A stretch of DNA of 64,000 nucleotides from Promethearchaeota archaeon (GTDB lineage Archaea; Asgardarchaeota; Lokiarchaeia; Sigyniarchaeales; SOKP01). Numbering within the stretch: the first letter of the stretch is position 1; every line of letters begins with the position of its first letter. Shown here one piece after another: positions 1-9,885 of the stretch. The notes under the pieces were generated by a model. It was not told where the DNA came from and searched no databases. It saw only the letters and a list, made by a program, of their open reading frames with translations. Position numbers and translations under genes: made by a program. The stretch is taken from contig JAHPZJ010000006.1 of assembly GCA_019058245.1 (NCBI GenBank), positions 1 to 64,000 of the forward strand, written 5' to 3'.

Positions 1-82
1 AAAAAGCATAATTGAATAATCTAAATATCATCACTAAATTTAATACGATCCCAAAGGATTTAAAATAAAAAATTATTCAGAT

Positions 83-631
83 CTATTGTATTTTTTGAGA
101 TTTTCGAATTAATACTAACTTTATCAATGCAGCAGCTATCCATCCAAATCCAATAAACATTATTATATATTTTATTAGAGCAAAAAAGGAATGGATTATA
201 GCCCAGATATTTGGAAATTCTAATGGATCGCTAAGCAGGAGCAGGATAAAAATATTTTCTATAGCATCGCATGAAGGTGCGATAATTGTAAGGGGTATTA
301 TAATGAGTCCGATTTTCCTCCATATTGTTTCCTCCTTAAATTTACGTACGATAATTAATCCAAGAGAAAAAAAAATGCCACCATAACTGATCATAAAAAA
401 ATAGTCTAAGATATTTGCAATTCTATATAAATTAATATCAGCATTAGCATTATATTCTTTAATAAGTTCTCCACTAAAGGAAAGTTGGCTTTCAAAAGCA
501 CTTACAGGATAAGAGACAGTAAAAAAATATGACATTATAGGATAAATCACTAGTAAAAGAATTACGCTAGAGATTAGTAATTGTTTTATTTTTTTATCGC
601 TTGGCCAATTGGATAATTTATTTAAAAACAT
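83..631 (-). CDS. Hypothetical integral membrane protein (about 4 TM helices)
   Basis: 182-aa ORF with four hydrophobic segments; no recognisable catalytic motif. Confidence 0.7.
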   Translation of the reverse strand: MFLNKLSNWPSDKKIKQLLISSVILLLVIYPIMSYFFTVSYPVSAFESQLSFSGELIKEYNANADINLYRIANILDYFFMISYGGIFFSLGLIIVRKFKEETIWRKIGLIIIPLTIIAPSCDAIENIFILLLLSDPLEFPNIWAIIHSFFALIKYIIMFIGFGWIAAALIKLVLIRKSQKIQ

Positions 632-827
632 AATATATATTCATCATTTTTTTATAATAGTATATTTGATTTGTCATCTATTCTTTTAAATTTTCTATCT
701 TTTTTACAGTATCTTTTTTTTAGGAAACCAAGGAAAGCTTTATTTAATTTTCTCATTTACTCTAAATAATAATAAAATTTTTTTTTTCAGTATTAATGTA
801 AAAATTGGTATTTTTGCATAGTAAAAT

Positions 828-1601
828 ATGATTAATATCTCAAATCTTTCAAAATCTTTTGGAAATTTCAAAGCTGTAGAAAATCTCAATATTAATATTC
901 AAAAAGGTGAAATTTTTGGTCTCATTGGACCTAATGGTTCAGGAAAAACAACGACTATCTTGACATTACTAGATATATTAGATCCAGATCCGGGAGCCAA
1001 AATAACGATTGATGGAAAAGAGATTCCTAAAAAAATAAATGAAGTTTATCCTAAAATAGGTTTTATGCCCCAAGAACTCTCTTTATATTTAGATCTGACA
1101 GTTGAGCAAAACCTAAAATTCTTTGGTGACTTATATAAAATTCCAAAAGCTGTGATCTATTCTCGTATTAAAGAAGTTCTTGAATTGATTGACCTTAAAG
1201 AATATAGAAAAAGATTAATTTCTAAGTGTTCAGGAGGGATGCAAAGGCGATGTTCCCTTGCGGTTGCGCTACTCCACAAACCAGAAATTTTAATTTTAGA
1301 TGAACCTACTGTAGGAGTTGATCCTGAACTTAGAATTGAATTCTGGAATTATTTTAAGAAAATTTCAAAAGAGGATGGAGTAACAATTCTCATTACCACT
1401 CATTATTTAGCAGAATCAATTAATTGTGACCGAATTGGTTTGATGAATAAAGAGATAGTAATCTCTGGAACACCTTTAGATTTAATGGAGAATGTTAAAA
1501 AACTTAAAAATCTTGAAAAACTGCCAGATATGGAGGAAGTTTTTATCTATTACACCCATTCAGAGATGGAGAAGAAAATGTTAGGGGGTTTAAAAGCATG
1601 A
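828..1601 (+). CDS. ABC transporter ATP-binding protein (DrrA/CcmA-like exporter)
   Basis: Walker A GPNGSGKT, signature CSGGM, Walker B LILDEPT, H-loop TTHY. Confidence 0.95.
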   Translation: MINISNLSKSFGNFKAVENLNINIQKGEIFGLIGPNGSGKTTTILTLLDILDPDPGAKITIDGKEIPKKINEVYPKIGFMPQELSLYLDLTVEQNLKFFGDLYKIPKAVIYSRIKEVLELIDLKEYRKRLISKCSGGMQRRCSLAVALLHKPEILILDEPTVGVDPELRIEFWNYFKKISKEDGVTILITTHYLAESINCDRIGLMNKEIVISGTPLDLMENVKKLKNLEKLPDMEEVFIYYTHSEMEKKMLGGLKA

Positions 1602-2755
1602 GTATTAGTTTTAGGAGAATTATAGCAATTACACGGAAGAATCTTCAAGCATTATTACATGATAAACGAACGGTAGGTTTACTCATTATGATGCCTATCT
1701 TCTTGATGTTCCTGTTTGGATATGCCTTTGGACGACCAGTAAGTCATGTACCTATTAAAATTGTTAATTTAGATGAGGGTGGAGAAGGCATACCTTCTTT
1801 GGGTATTAATGATACAAAATTCTCTGAAATTTTCATAGAAAAGCTTGAGGAAGACGATAGAGTAGATATTCATTTGTTGAATTCAACCACTTTTAATCTT
1901 TCAGAAGAGATTCCAAAAATTTATGGAGGGAACGATTATTATGCTCTAATCGTTATTCCTGAAAACTTTACGGAAAATATGCCGAATATTTCAAAAAGTA
2001 TTCAAATATCAACATATTTAGATGGAAGTGATCAACAGACGATAAGTTCCGTAATAGGTGCAATCTCTGAAGTTATTGGAAAAGTGATAAATGTGATTTC
2101 AGGTGAGGAATCTCATTTAAAATTAAATCTTAATTATGTCGCAGGGGATCCAGATCTAAGACCGATTGATTCTCTTGGACCAGGAATTCTCAGTTTTGCT
2201 CTTTTTTTATTCATGATTTTAACAGTTACGGGGGGATTTACTAGGGAGAAATTGACAGGAACATTGTTTAGAGTTAAAGCAACAACAACTTCAAAGACAG
2301 AAATGATGTTGGGGTATTTATTGGGAAATTCATTAATAGCATTAGTCCAAAGTGTTCTGTTGCTATTAATTTCAGTAGTATTTTTTCAACTCCATATTGT
2401 TGGTAATATTCTATTGTTATTTTTTATTCTCTTTATCTATGCATTGTCATGCGTTGGATTAGGAATTTTTGCTTCTGCTTTTGCCAAAAGTGAGCTTCAA
2501 GCATTTCAATTCATCCCATTACTACTAATACCTTCAATGTTTTTTTCAGGATTTATCTTTCCAATAAACTCATTTCCAGTAATATTTCAATATATTTCGT
2601 ATTTTATCCCGATGACGTATTCAATTAGGATTAGTAGAGCAATTATGATTAATGGCTTTGGCTTTGATATGTTTTATATGGATTTTCTAATAATGCTTCT
2701 CTTAACCTTGGTTTTTCTTGTGCTTGCTGTCCTAGTATTTAAAATGAAGAAATAG
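1598..2755 (+). CDS. ABC-2 type exporter permease
   Basis: N-terminal TM, large extracellular loop, 5-6 C-terminal TMs with 'REK..GTL' and 'FSG..FP' motifs; ATGA overlap with the ATPase. Confidence 0.92.
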   Translation: MSISFRRIIAITRKNLQALLHDKRTVGLLIMMPIFLMFLFGYAFGRPVSHVPIKIVNLDEGGEGIPSLGINDTKFSEIFIEKLEEDDRVDIHLLNSTTFNLSEEIPKIYGGNDYYALIVIPENFTENMPNISKSIQISTYLDGSDQQTISSVIGAISEVIGKVINVISGEESHLKLNLNYVAGDPDLRPIDSLGPGILSFALFLFMILTVTGGFTREKLTGTLFRVKATTTSKTEMMLGYLLGNSLIALVQSVLLLLISVVFFQLHIVGNILLLFFILFIYALSCVGLGIFASAFAKSELQAFQFIPLLLIPSMFFSGFIFPINSFPVIFQYISYFIPMTYSIRISRAIMINGFGFDMFYMDFLIMLLLTLVFLVLAVLVFKMKK

Positions 2756-2896
2756 ATACTGAACTCAGAACTAAAGATAAGGATATAGTTACAATTATTT
2801 TTTTATATATTTTTTCAATTTTTTTGTAATTTTTCCTTATTTTTCAACTTTTTCTATGCTTATATGAATAAAATATGATTTATTTAGATATTAATT

Positions 2897-3418
2897 TTAA
2901 ATTGAAAAATTTAATTTCTTTAAATCATCAATATCATCAGGAAGATTATCAATTCCTCCAAATTCCTTAATAACGATTGAAATTAATTTTGATTTCCATT
3001 CTCGATTAAGATTGGGATAAGTCATTTGATTTTCACCACCTATACTCTCACAATCGTCTTCAATTAGTATGTCTGGTTTAGCTTTTTCAATTGGTAAATT
3101 CCAATTTTTTTCTTTTCGGTAAAATATTGGTCCTTTTGGAAAATTATATCTTTTTAAGACTTTTTCATCCATTTTGACATTTTTGGGAGATATGTGAGAA
3201 CTTAGGTATAAGATCTCAGCACCTTGATTTTGCCATGTTTTTAATTTTTTTACAACGTTCCCAATTGGAATATATGAACTAAAATCAGATATAGATTTAT
3301 CTGTATTTTCAATAATCTGTTTTATTATCGCTTCCCTTGAAAGCTCTAATGCATTCCTATGCATGATACTGGTTCCATGTAGAAAAATTAAGATCCTTGT
3401 TTTCTTTTTAGTTTTCAT
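2897..3418 (-). CDS. HAD-like hypothetical protein
   Basis: 'LIFLHGT', 'YLSS' and 'DILIEDD' resemble degenerate HAD motifs I/II/IV; lies 1 nt after the polyferredoxin stop. Confidence 0.55.
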   Translation of the reverse strand: MKTKKKTRILIFLHGTSIMHRNALELSREAIIKQIIENTDKSISDFSSYIPIGNVVKKLKTWQNQGAEILYLSSHISPKNVKMDEKVLKRYNFPKGPIFYRKEKNWNLPIEKAKPDILIEDDCESIGGENQMTYPNLNREWKSKLISIVIKEFGGIDNLPDDIDDLKKLNFSI

Positions 3419-3419
3419 T

Positions 3420-4508
3420 TCATACGTTAGAAAGAAATTTTCTAAGATCCTTTTTTATTTTATCGACTTTTTTATCTTTTATCCAGTATCTTATTTTAGG
3501 AGAGCTAAGGAAAGCTTGAATTTTCTCGTTTAATTCAGATAGTTTTTTTTTATCTTCTTTTGATAACTGAGGGACTGCTTCTTCTATTCTTTCTTTTACT
3601 TTTTGAACTTCTTCTGCAATAATTGGGATTTCTATTTGTTGTTTACCCTGAATTAATCTCTTCCTTATTATCTCTTTTATGCTATTTATCCAACCTTGAA
3701 TCCAGGGATAATTACCCTTTTTTTTTGGATCGTGTATAATAACTTCTTTTCTATTGACTATTATTAAATCATCCGGACAAGAATTTTCACATGCTCCACA
3801 ATAAAAACATTCATCTTCATTACACGCAATTTTACCATATTTTTTGACATCTTCAGCACTCTCTGGAATAAAAAAAGATTCCGTAGGGCAAATATTAACA
3901 CAAGCTTTACATCCTTGAGGATCACATTTATGGAGCATATTTTTTTTGATAATAACTTCTCCCTTTATTGGAGATTTGATTGAAAAGCAGTTTACTGGGC
4001 ATTCTTTTTGAATTTTATAATAATCTCTAACATTGTGTCTATCTCGTACTGATAAGCAGAGTTTGCAGATCTCATTTTTAGAATCCTCTATACATTTATC
4101 CATATCGATTTCGTAAAACTTTCCAATGGAGGGGAATTCTTCAATATCGATTTGATCTTCAGGAGATATATTTTCATGAAATGCATCATTTGGACAGATA
4201 ATAGCACATAGCATGCAATAACAGCATTTATCATGATCTATTAGAATTTTTGGATTATTTTCGTCTAAGATTCCTTGAGCAATCTCAGGAATTGGACCAA
4301 GCTCTATAGCATCAACAGGACAAACAATTTTACATAAAGAACATCCTATGCATCGTTTTATATCATATGTGAGTTTTTTATCTACATTTTGGAAGTTCCA
4401 TTTAAGTATTAATTGATCTGGTGTAATTTCTATATTTTTTGTAATGGACTCTTGTTCTCCAGTAGTGGATTTATCCTCAGATGCTATTTTTGAAATTTTT
4501 TTTTCCAC
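3420..4508 (-). CDS. fwdF: Polyferredoxin, FwdF-like (formylmethanofuran dehydrogenase subunit F family)
   Basis: Several CxxCxxCxxxCP motifs; 'CPVDAIELGPIPEIAQG..P.I.ID..KC..C..C..ICP' is typical of FwdF; GTG start. Confidence 0.7.
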   Translation of the reverse strand: MEKKISKIASEDKSTTGEQESITKNIEITPDQLILKWNFQNVDKKLTYDIKRCIGCSLCKIVCPVDAIELGPIPEIAQGILDENNPKILIDHDKCCYCMLCAIICPNDAFHENISPEDQIDIEEFPSIGKFYEIDMDKCIEDSKNEICKLCLSVRDRHNVRDYYKIQKECPVNCFSIKSPIKGEVIIKKNMLHKCDPQGCKACVNICPTESFFIPESAEDVKKYGKIACNEDECFYCGACENSCPDDLIIVNRKEVIIHDPKKKGNYPWIQGWINSIKEIIRKRLIQGKQQIEIPIIAEEVQKVKERIEEAVPQLSKEDKKKLSELNEKIQAFLSSPKIRYWIKDKKVDKIKKDLRKFLSNV

Positions 4509-4774
4509 CTTTCTTGATTTCTATGAGATGTTTAATATCTTGTAAATTTAAAGTGCAAAAAAAACTATCGATAATAATTTTCAATTATTTTTGCAAAGTT
4601 TTTCAATAGATTGTACAAAATCTTATTTCCTAACTTATAATTTAAAAGTTAAAGCATAAATATTATAGTTACTATATTAGTTTTGTATTATTAGAATATA
4701 AAAATTATTATTTTTAATAAAGCTAATATAGCTAGTATTTTAACGGGGCTGAATAAGTCAATGGTGAGAGAAGA

Positions 4775-5155
4775 ATAACAACAATTTTTATTGCTGAAGA
4801 CGATAGAGACCTTCAAAGATTGTATGGACTTTTATTGGATATGGATGGATTTCAAGTGTTAGGTATTGCTAATAATGGAGAAGAAGCGATAAAAATGTTT
4901 AGTTCTTTTACTGTAAAACCAGATATAATAATATTAGATTATAGAATGCCAATAAAAAATGGTTTAGAAGCATTAAAAGAAATATTACAAATAGATCATA
5001 ATTCGAGAATTATTTTTGCCAGTGCAGATAAAACTATTAAAGATGAGGTCTATTTAAATGGAGCGATGGGATTTTTGGATAAGCCATTTAGTCACGATAA
5101 GTTATTAAGTACATTAAATGAATGTTTAAGATCAGTTCATTTAACTCATTTATGA
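4775..5155 (+). CDS. Single-domain response regulator (CheY-like receiver)
   Basis: IILDYRMP phospho-Asp and DKPF motif. The beta1 strand 'TTIFIAEDD' is encoded upstream of the called TTG (4820), so the start is probably ATA at 4775 behind GGTGA, or there is a 1-nt indel. Confidence 0.88.
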   Translation: MTTIFIAEDDRDLQRLYGLLLDMDGFQVLGIANNGEEAIKMFSSFTVKPDIIILDYRMPIKNGLEALKEILQIDHNSRIIFASADKTIKDEVYLNGAMGFLDKPFSHDKLLSTLNECLRSVHLTHL

Positions 5156-5190
5156 AAATTATGTGTAGGAAATGATTTTTATTGATTTAA

Positions 5191-5691
5191 TTAAGAATAA
5201 TAATCATAACTCTCATTATCAAAATTGTATATATATTCTATTGGAATTCCATCAGGTTTAAGATCTGGTGGCGCATATATTAAATGCAAATTTGGAAAAT
5301 ATGTTCCAATACCATTTTGTGCAAGAATTCTGGCAGGATGGTTTACATCCTTAAAAATTTCCTCACTTATTCTTAGTGTAATAATTCTACATTGTTGTTC
5401 ATCTAGAATACCTAATGAGTGAATATACTCATGTAATAAAATATGATATGTATAAGCCCATATAATTTCATAAGGTTGTTCTTTTAAAATGATTTCTAGG
5501 GGTGTTTTATTCATTAGAATATCAGTACCAGGATGAAAATGCATTCCACCTATAAAACCACCTCTGTAAATACCCATTTTAACTAGTCCAAGGTTTAAAC
5601 CTGCGCGGTGCCGACTATAAATTTTTTTAACATCTTTTTTAACCTGATCGAAAATATTAGGTATTTCTTGTTTTAATTCTTCTAGATTCAT
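5191..5691 (-). CDS. Putative zinc metalloprotease (HEXXH, minigluzincin/SprT-like)
   Basis: 'YHILLHEYIHSLG..DE' zincin motif in a 166-aa protein; last gene of the hsp20-cdc48 cluster. Confidence 0.65.
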   Translation of the reverse strand: MNLEELKQEIPNIFDQVKKDVKKIYSRHRAGLNLGLVKMGIYRGGFIGGMHFHPGTDILMNKTPLEIILKEQPYEIIWAYTYHILLHEYIHSLGILDEQQCRIITLRISEEIFKDVNHPARILAQNGIGTYFPNLHLIYAPPDLKPDGIPIEYIYNFDNESYDYYS

Positions 5692-5734
5692 CTTGTAGTT
5701 TATATCTTATAAATTCTAATTCTTAAAATAAATA

Positions 5735-6529
5735 TTAAATGTCAAAAAACCAATTATCCTCATCTTCTCGTACAAAATCCATCAAGTTAGATAGATCTCT
5801 GAGTAAATGTCTAATAGAAACCTTATGTTGATCTCTTCTAATAGGTCCCATTTCTGAGAAAAACATATCATCCAATAGTTTATCGATATTTATTCGTTTG
5901 AAATATTTTATCGGATCATAAAAAACAGTATAAAAAATTTCTTTCTCTAAATTAGGTTGCTCTTTTTTCTTTAGATCTTCTTCAAATTGATCTCGAATTA
6001 TATTTTTCAGTTCAATTATAAAACATTCTTTATTATGTAGTAATGAATTTCTTTCTTTTTCTAAAGATCTTATATTTTCTTCAATTTCTTTTATCCTTTC
6101 TCCTAAAAATCTAAGTTTTTTATTTGGTGTTTTCATTTTATTATAGTCTATTTGACATCCCGTATCTTTAAGTTTAAAGCTGTTTTTAAATTCGTCATTT
6201 TTAGATACATTATAGTTAATATTATAGTAATCAGGAGTGATATCAATTCTCAAGGATAGATTACTGTTAATACGGTACTTAATATTACGAGGATCATCTC
6301 CAACACTTTCAATTATTCCATTATCAGAAAGCATTTTTAGTTGACTGTGAATAGCTTGCCTTGAAATCCTTTTACCAAATGAAGCTGCTAATTCTGAAGC
6401 ACCTAATGGAACCTTAGATAATTTTGACAAAATTATTCTTCTCGTAGGGTTTCCCATAATTTCTAATAAGTTATCAAGGCTAAAAATGTGTTCTTTTCCT
6501 TCTTGTTCATTCAATTCCATTATTATCAT
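5735..6529 (-). CDS. ArsR-family wHTH regulator with coiled coil (HSR1/Phr-like heat-shock regulator)
   Basis: 'MGNPTRRIIL.KL..P..ASEL......SRQAIHSQLKML...GII' wHTH followed by a coiled coil; adjacent to cdc48 and hsp20. Confidence 0.85.
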   Translation of the reverse strand: MIIMELNEQEGKEHIFSLDNLLEIMGNPTRRIILSKLSKVPLGASELAASFGKRISRQAIHSQLKMLSDNGIIESVGDDPRNIKYRINSNLSLRIDITPDYYNINYNVSKNDEFKNSFKLKDTGCQIDYNKMKTPNKKLRFLGERIKEIEENIRSLEKERNSLLHNKECFIIELKNIIRDQFEEDLKKKEQPNLEKEIFYTVFYDPIKYFKRINIDKLLDDMFFSEMGPIRRDQHKVSIRHLLRDLSNLMDFVREDEDNWFFDI

Positions 6530-6566
6530 TCACTCTTATTATTAACTCTATATTTTTTTATTAATT

Positions 6567-8792
6567 TTATCTATATAACTCTTCTGAAGGCTCTTTTGCA
6601 TACATCTCATGAGATTTCTTGGCTTTATCTGCTGATTTTAATATTTTTTCGATTGATTCATCAAATTCTCTTTTGGAAATTTTCACAATTTTGACTGAAT
6701 CTGCATTTTTTGTATCAATATTTTCATTATTGATGGCATTCCGAATTGTTAAGAGTGTGGCTTCTTCACAGATTGCTTGTATATCTGCTCCAGTATATCC
6801 TTCTAGTTCTTGTGCCATTTGATCAATATTCACATCATTGGCAAGTGGTTTATTCCTAAGATGTATTTTAAATATTTCAATACGAGCCTCTTTATCAGGC
6901 ATCGGAATTTCAACATGTCTCCCAAATCTACCTGATCTTAATAATGCAGGATCAAGCATATCAGCTCTATTTGTAGCAGCAAGTAGAATTACATCCTTTA
7001 ATCCCTCTAAACCATCCATTTCAGTTAATAATTGTGAAACAACTTGTTCAGTTACTTGGGAGCTAGCGAATCTACCTCTCATTCCCGCAATAGCATCAAT
7101 CTCATCAAAAAAGATAATACAAGGTGCTGCGGCTCTTGCTTTTCTAAATGTTTCTCTAACTGCTTTTTCACTTTCGCCTACCCATTTAGATAAAAATTCA
7201 GGACCTTTAACTGAAATAAAATTAACTTCACTCTCATGAGCTAATGCTTTAGCTAATAATGTTTTGCCTGTTCCAGGGGGTCCAAAGAGAAGAATTCCAT
7301 TAGGGGGTTTTGAATTTAAGTGAGTATATATTTCAGGATATTTTAATGGCCATTCAATTATTTCCCTTAATTGCTGTTTGGCTTCTTCTAATCCACCAAT
7401 ATCTTCCCAACATTCGCTAGGTTGGCTAATTAATACCTCTCTTAAAGCTGAAGGTTCAATACTATTTAAAGCAGTCTCAAAATTCTTCATTTTAATCTGG
7501 AGATCACTCAAAATTTCAGGAGGGATGGGTTTATCTAAATTAATCTTTGGCAATATTTCTCTTATTGCTAACATTGCGGCTTCTTTCGCTAATGATTCTA
7601 CATCAGCTCCCACGAATCCATGAGTTTTTTCTGCCATATATCGAAGATCAACATCACTATAGAGAGGCATTCCACGAGTATGAATTAATAAAATTTCGTA
7701 TCTACCATCTGTATCTGGTACACCAATCTCGATTTCTCGGTCAAATCTACCAGGACGTCTTAGAGCGGGATCAATATCATTTACTCTATTAGTTGCTCCT
7801 ATAACAATAATTTCTCCTCTTCCTTCTAAACCATCTAATAATGAAAGTAATTGTGCAACTACCCTTCTCTCTACTTCACCTGTTACTTCACCTCTTTTAG
7901 GTGCTATTGAATCTAACTCATCAATAAATATTATAGATGGTGCCATTTCTTTTGCTTCTTCAAATACTTTACGTAGATTTTCTTCACTTTGACCATAAAA
8001 TTTACTCATGATTTCAGGTCCACTAATAGTTATAAAATGTGCTTCAGTTTCATATGCAACAGCTCTAGCTAATAAAGTTTTTCCCGTTCCTGGTGGTCCA
8101 TGTAATAATACTCCTTTAGGAGGATCGATACCAATTCTTTTAAATAGTTCTGGATGCCTTATTGGCAACTCTATCATTTCTCGAATTTTTTGGATTTCCT
8201 CTTCCAACCCTCCAATATCCTCATAAGTGACTCTTCTTGCCTCCAATTCCTCAAATTCTTTATGGGTTTTCTCTGAAATCGTGATTTTAGTGTCTAAGTG
8301 AATCCTAACTGCGGCTGCTCTGGGTGAATAATCTATAACTATAAAATCAATCCTACGACCCATTGCATTAAAACTTAAAATATCACCTTTAGTAATAACA
8401 CGGTTTTCCAACATTCTAACTAATTGATCCGATCTTCTTAGAATAACAGATTCTTCTATTCCTGCGAAAGTTATTCTCTCAGCCAAACTTGCTTCAATTT
8501 TTTTAATTTCTACAATATCATCTAAGGAGGCACCAATATTCCTTCTTAATGAAGAGTCTATTCTAATCGTGTTAGTACCCTGATCTTCAAGCTTTCCAGG
8601 AAATAATAAGGCGGCAGTCTTCTTTCCCGCTACACTATGGGATATTTCAATTACATCTCCAGTTCTAAGTTTAAGTTCATCAATAACATCTGGATCTATT
8701 CTTATCCTACCTCTACCAGCATCTCCTTTGTATGCATCTTTAATCCTTACCTTTCTTCCATCTCCCTTATATTCTCGAGTAATCCCACTCAT
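6567..8792 (-). CDS. cdc48: CDC48/VAT family AAA+ ATPase
   Basis: N-domain plus two AAA modules (GPPGTGKT twice, [22 protein letters not shown]); C-terminal LYR fits HbYX. Confidence 0.98.
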   Translation of the reverse strand: MSGITREYKGDGRKVRIKDAYKGDAGRGRIRIDPDVIDELKLRTGDVIEISHSVAGKKTAALLFPGKLEDQGTNTIRIDSSLRRNIGASLDDIVEIKKIEASLAERITFAGIEESVILRRSDQLVRMLENRVITKGDILSFNAMGRRIDFIVIDYSPRAAAVRIHLDTKITISEKTHKEFEELEARRVTYEDIGGLEEEIQKIREMIELPIRHPELFKRIGIDPPKGVLLHGPPGTGKTLLARAVAYETEAHFITISGPEIMSKFYGQSEENLRKVFEEAKEMAPSIIFIDELDSIAPKRGEVTGEVERRVVAQLLSLLDGLEGRGEIIVIGATNRVNDIDPALRRPGRFDREIEIGVPDTDGRYEILLIHTRGMPLYSDVDLRYMAEKTHGFVGADVESLAKEAAMLAIREILPKINLDKPIPPEILSDLQIKMKNFETALNSIEPSALREVLISQPSECWEDIGGLEEAKQQLREIIEWPLKYPEIYTHLNSKPPNGILLFGPPGTGKTLLAKALAHESEVNFISVKGPEFLSKWVGESEKAVRETFRKARAAAPCIIFFDEIDAIAGMRGRFASSQVTEQVVSQLLTEMDGLEGLKDVILLAATNRADMLDPALLRSGRFGRHVEIPMPDKEARIEIFKIHLRNKPLANDVNIDQMAQELEGYTGADIQAICEEATLLTIRNAINNENIDTKNADSVKIVKISKREFDESIEKILKSADKAKKSHEMYAKEPSEELYR

Positions 8793-8869
8793 TTCTTTTT
8801 TTCACTTTTATTTTACCAAATTCAATAATTCTATTATTCGATTAACTTAATTATAATTAATTTTTATTT

Positions 8870-9490
8870 TTATTTATCTAATTTCTTAACTAGTATAATT
8901 GCTAAGCCATTTTTAACTTCAGTGTCACATTCTTTTAGTGAAGAAATGAAAGGTAATTGAATGGTTTTCATATATTTTCGATTTTTATTCTCAGCTTTAA
9001 TTGTTAGTTGATCTCCTCCATCATTAATATCAATTTTAATATCTTCTTCACTCATTCCTGGAATTTCAAAAATAATTTCAGAGCAATCTTTATAATCATT
9101 TATTTCTACCAGTGGTTCTAAATACTCAAAATTTTCTTTATGTTCTTGAGTTTCTAAAGAAAGCATATTAGCATCATATTCATTTACTGATTTAGCATTA
9201 AACATATTTTTTAATTTAGGATATTTTGATATATCCATACCCTTCAATAATTCTCGAATTCTATTTTCATCAATATTTCCCTCTACTTTTATTTCAGGTT
9301 TATCCATTCCTGATTCAAAATGATATGATACTTTAAATCCCTTCATATTCTCTTTTTCAGGTTTTATTCCTAAATTATTTTTAGATTCTGGAATAAATAA
9401 AAAATCAATATCAAAAATGTCTGAATCTATTTTAAAATTTTTTTTAATTTTATCAATAAAATCATCAAAATCATCCGACACTTTTCTCAC
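8870..9490 (-). CDS. hsp20: Small heat-shock protein (Hsp20/alpha-crystallin domain)
   Basis: C-terminal 'EPLVEI....IIFEIPGM..EDI.I......L.I.A....Y...I.LP.....KNGL..I' alpha-crystallin pattern; archaeal Hsp20-type N-terminus. Confidence 0.85.
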   Translation of the reverse strand: MRKVSDDFDDFIDKIKKNFKIDSDIFDIDFLFIPESKNNLGIKPEKENMKGFKVSYHFESGMDKPEIKVEGNIDENRIRELLKGMDISKYPKLKNMFNAKSVNEYDANMLSLETQEHKENFEYLEPLVEINDYKDCSEIIFEIPGMSEEDIKIDINDGGDQLTIKAENKNRKYMKTIQLPFISSLKECDTEVKNGLAIILVKKLDK

Positions 9491-9513
9491 CTAAGATTTT
9501 TAATACGTCAATT

Positions 9514-9536
9514 TATGTCAACCTATAGTTTACATA
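9514..9536. promoter_or_regulatory. Imperfect palindrome TATGTCAAC-N5-GTTTACATA, candidate heat-shock repressor operator
   Basis: 8 of 9 positions pair; lies between a minus-strand TATA-like TTTTTATTTA (about 9547-9556) and the hsp20 start; AAC-N5-GTT core as in the Archaeoglobus HSR1 box CTAAC-N5-GTTAG. Confidence 0.6.
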
Positions 9537-9671
9537 TCTTCATTTGTAAATAAAAATTTATCGTTTTTAATTAATAATCCCATTCGTATAATTGTTGAAA
9601 TTAATAAAGGTCTCTTCCGTTGAGTGTTAAAAAAAAGTGTAAAAAAAAGAAAAGAAAAAAAGTAAGAATAA

Positions 9672-9885
9672 TTATTTAATAGCTTGTTTAAATTGTTGGT
9701 TTTTAAGGTTTCTTAACCATTGTAGCAAGAATTCGTTTAATCGCTTTTTTGCTCGGAGATCAACAGTTCCATTCTCCAAATAGACTCTCTCATAGCCGAA
9801 TTTATCTTGATAAGTTAACGCCTCAACAGTAGGATTGTCCCAAGCATAATCAATGAAGGAAATTTGAGAGAAGAATTTCTCATCT
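9672..9885 (-). pseudogene. C-terminal fragment of a DUF1249-like protein (no start codon)
   Basis: Manual translation '...DNPTVEALTYQDKFGYERVYLENGTVDLRAKKRLNEFLLQWLRNLKNQQFKQAIK*' matches the DUF1249 C-terminal pattern (EALTYQ...LN.FL..WL.NL..Q); in-frame stop just upstream. Confidence 0.6.

Noticed and set aside
5225-8828. Short plus-strand ORFs (5225, 6488, 6619, 6838, 7378, 7547, 8008, 8637) and similar antisense ORFs elsewhere in the track
   Set aside because: They are shadows of well-supported opposite-strand genes and have no motifs
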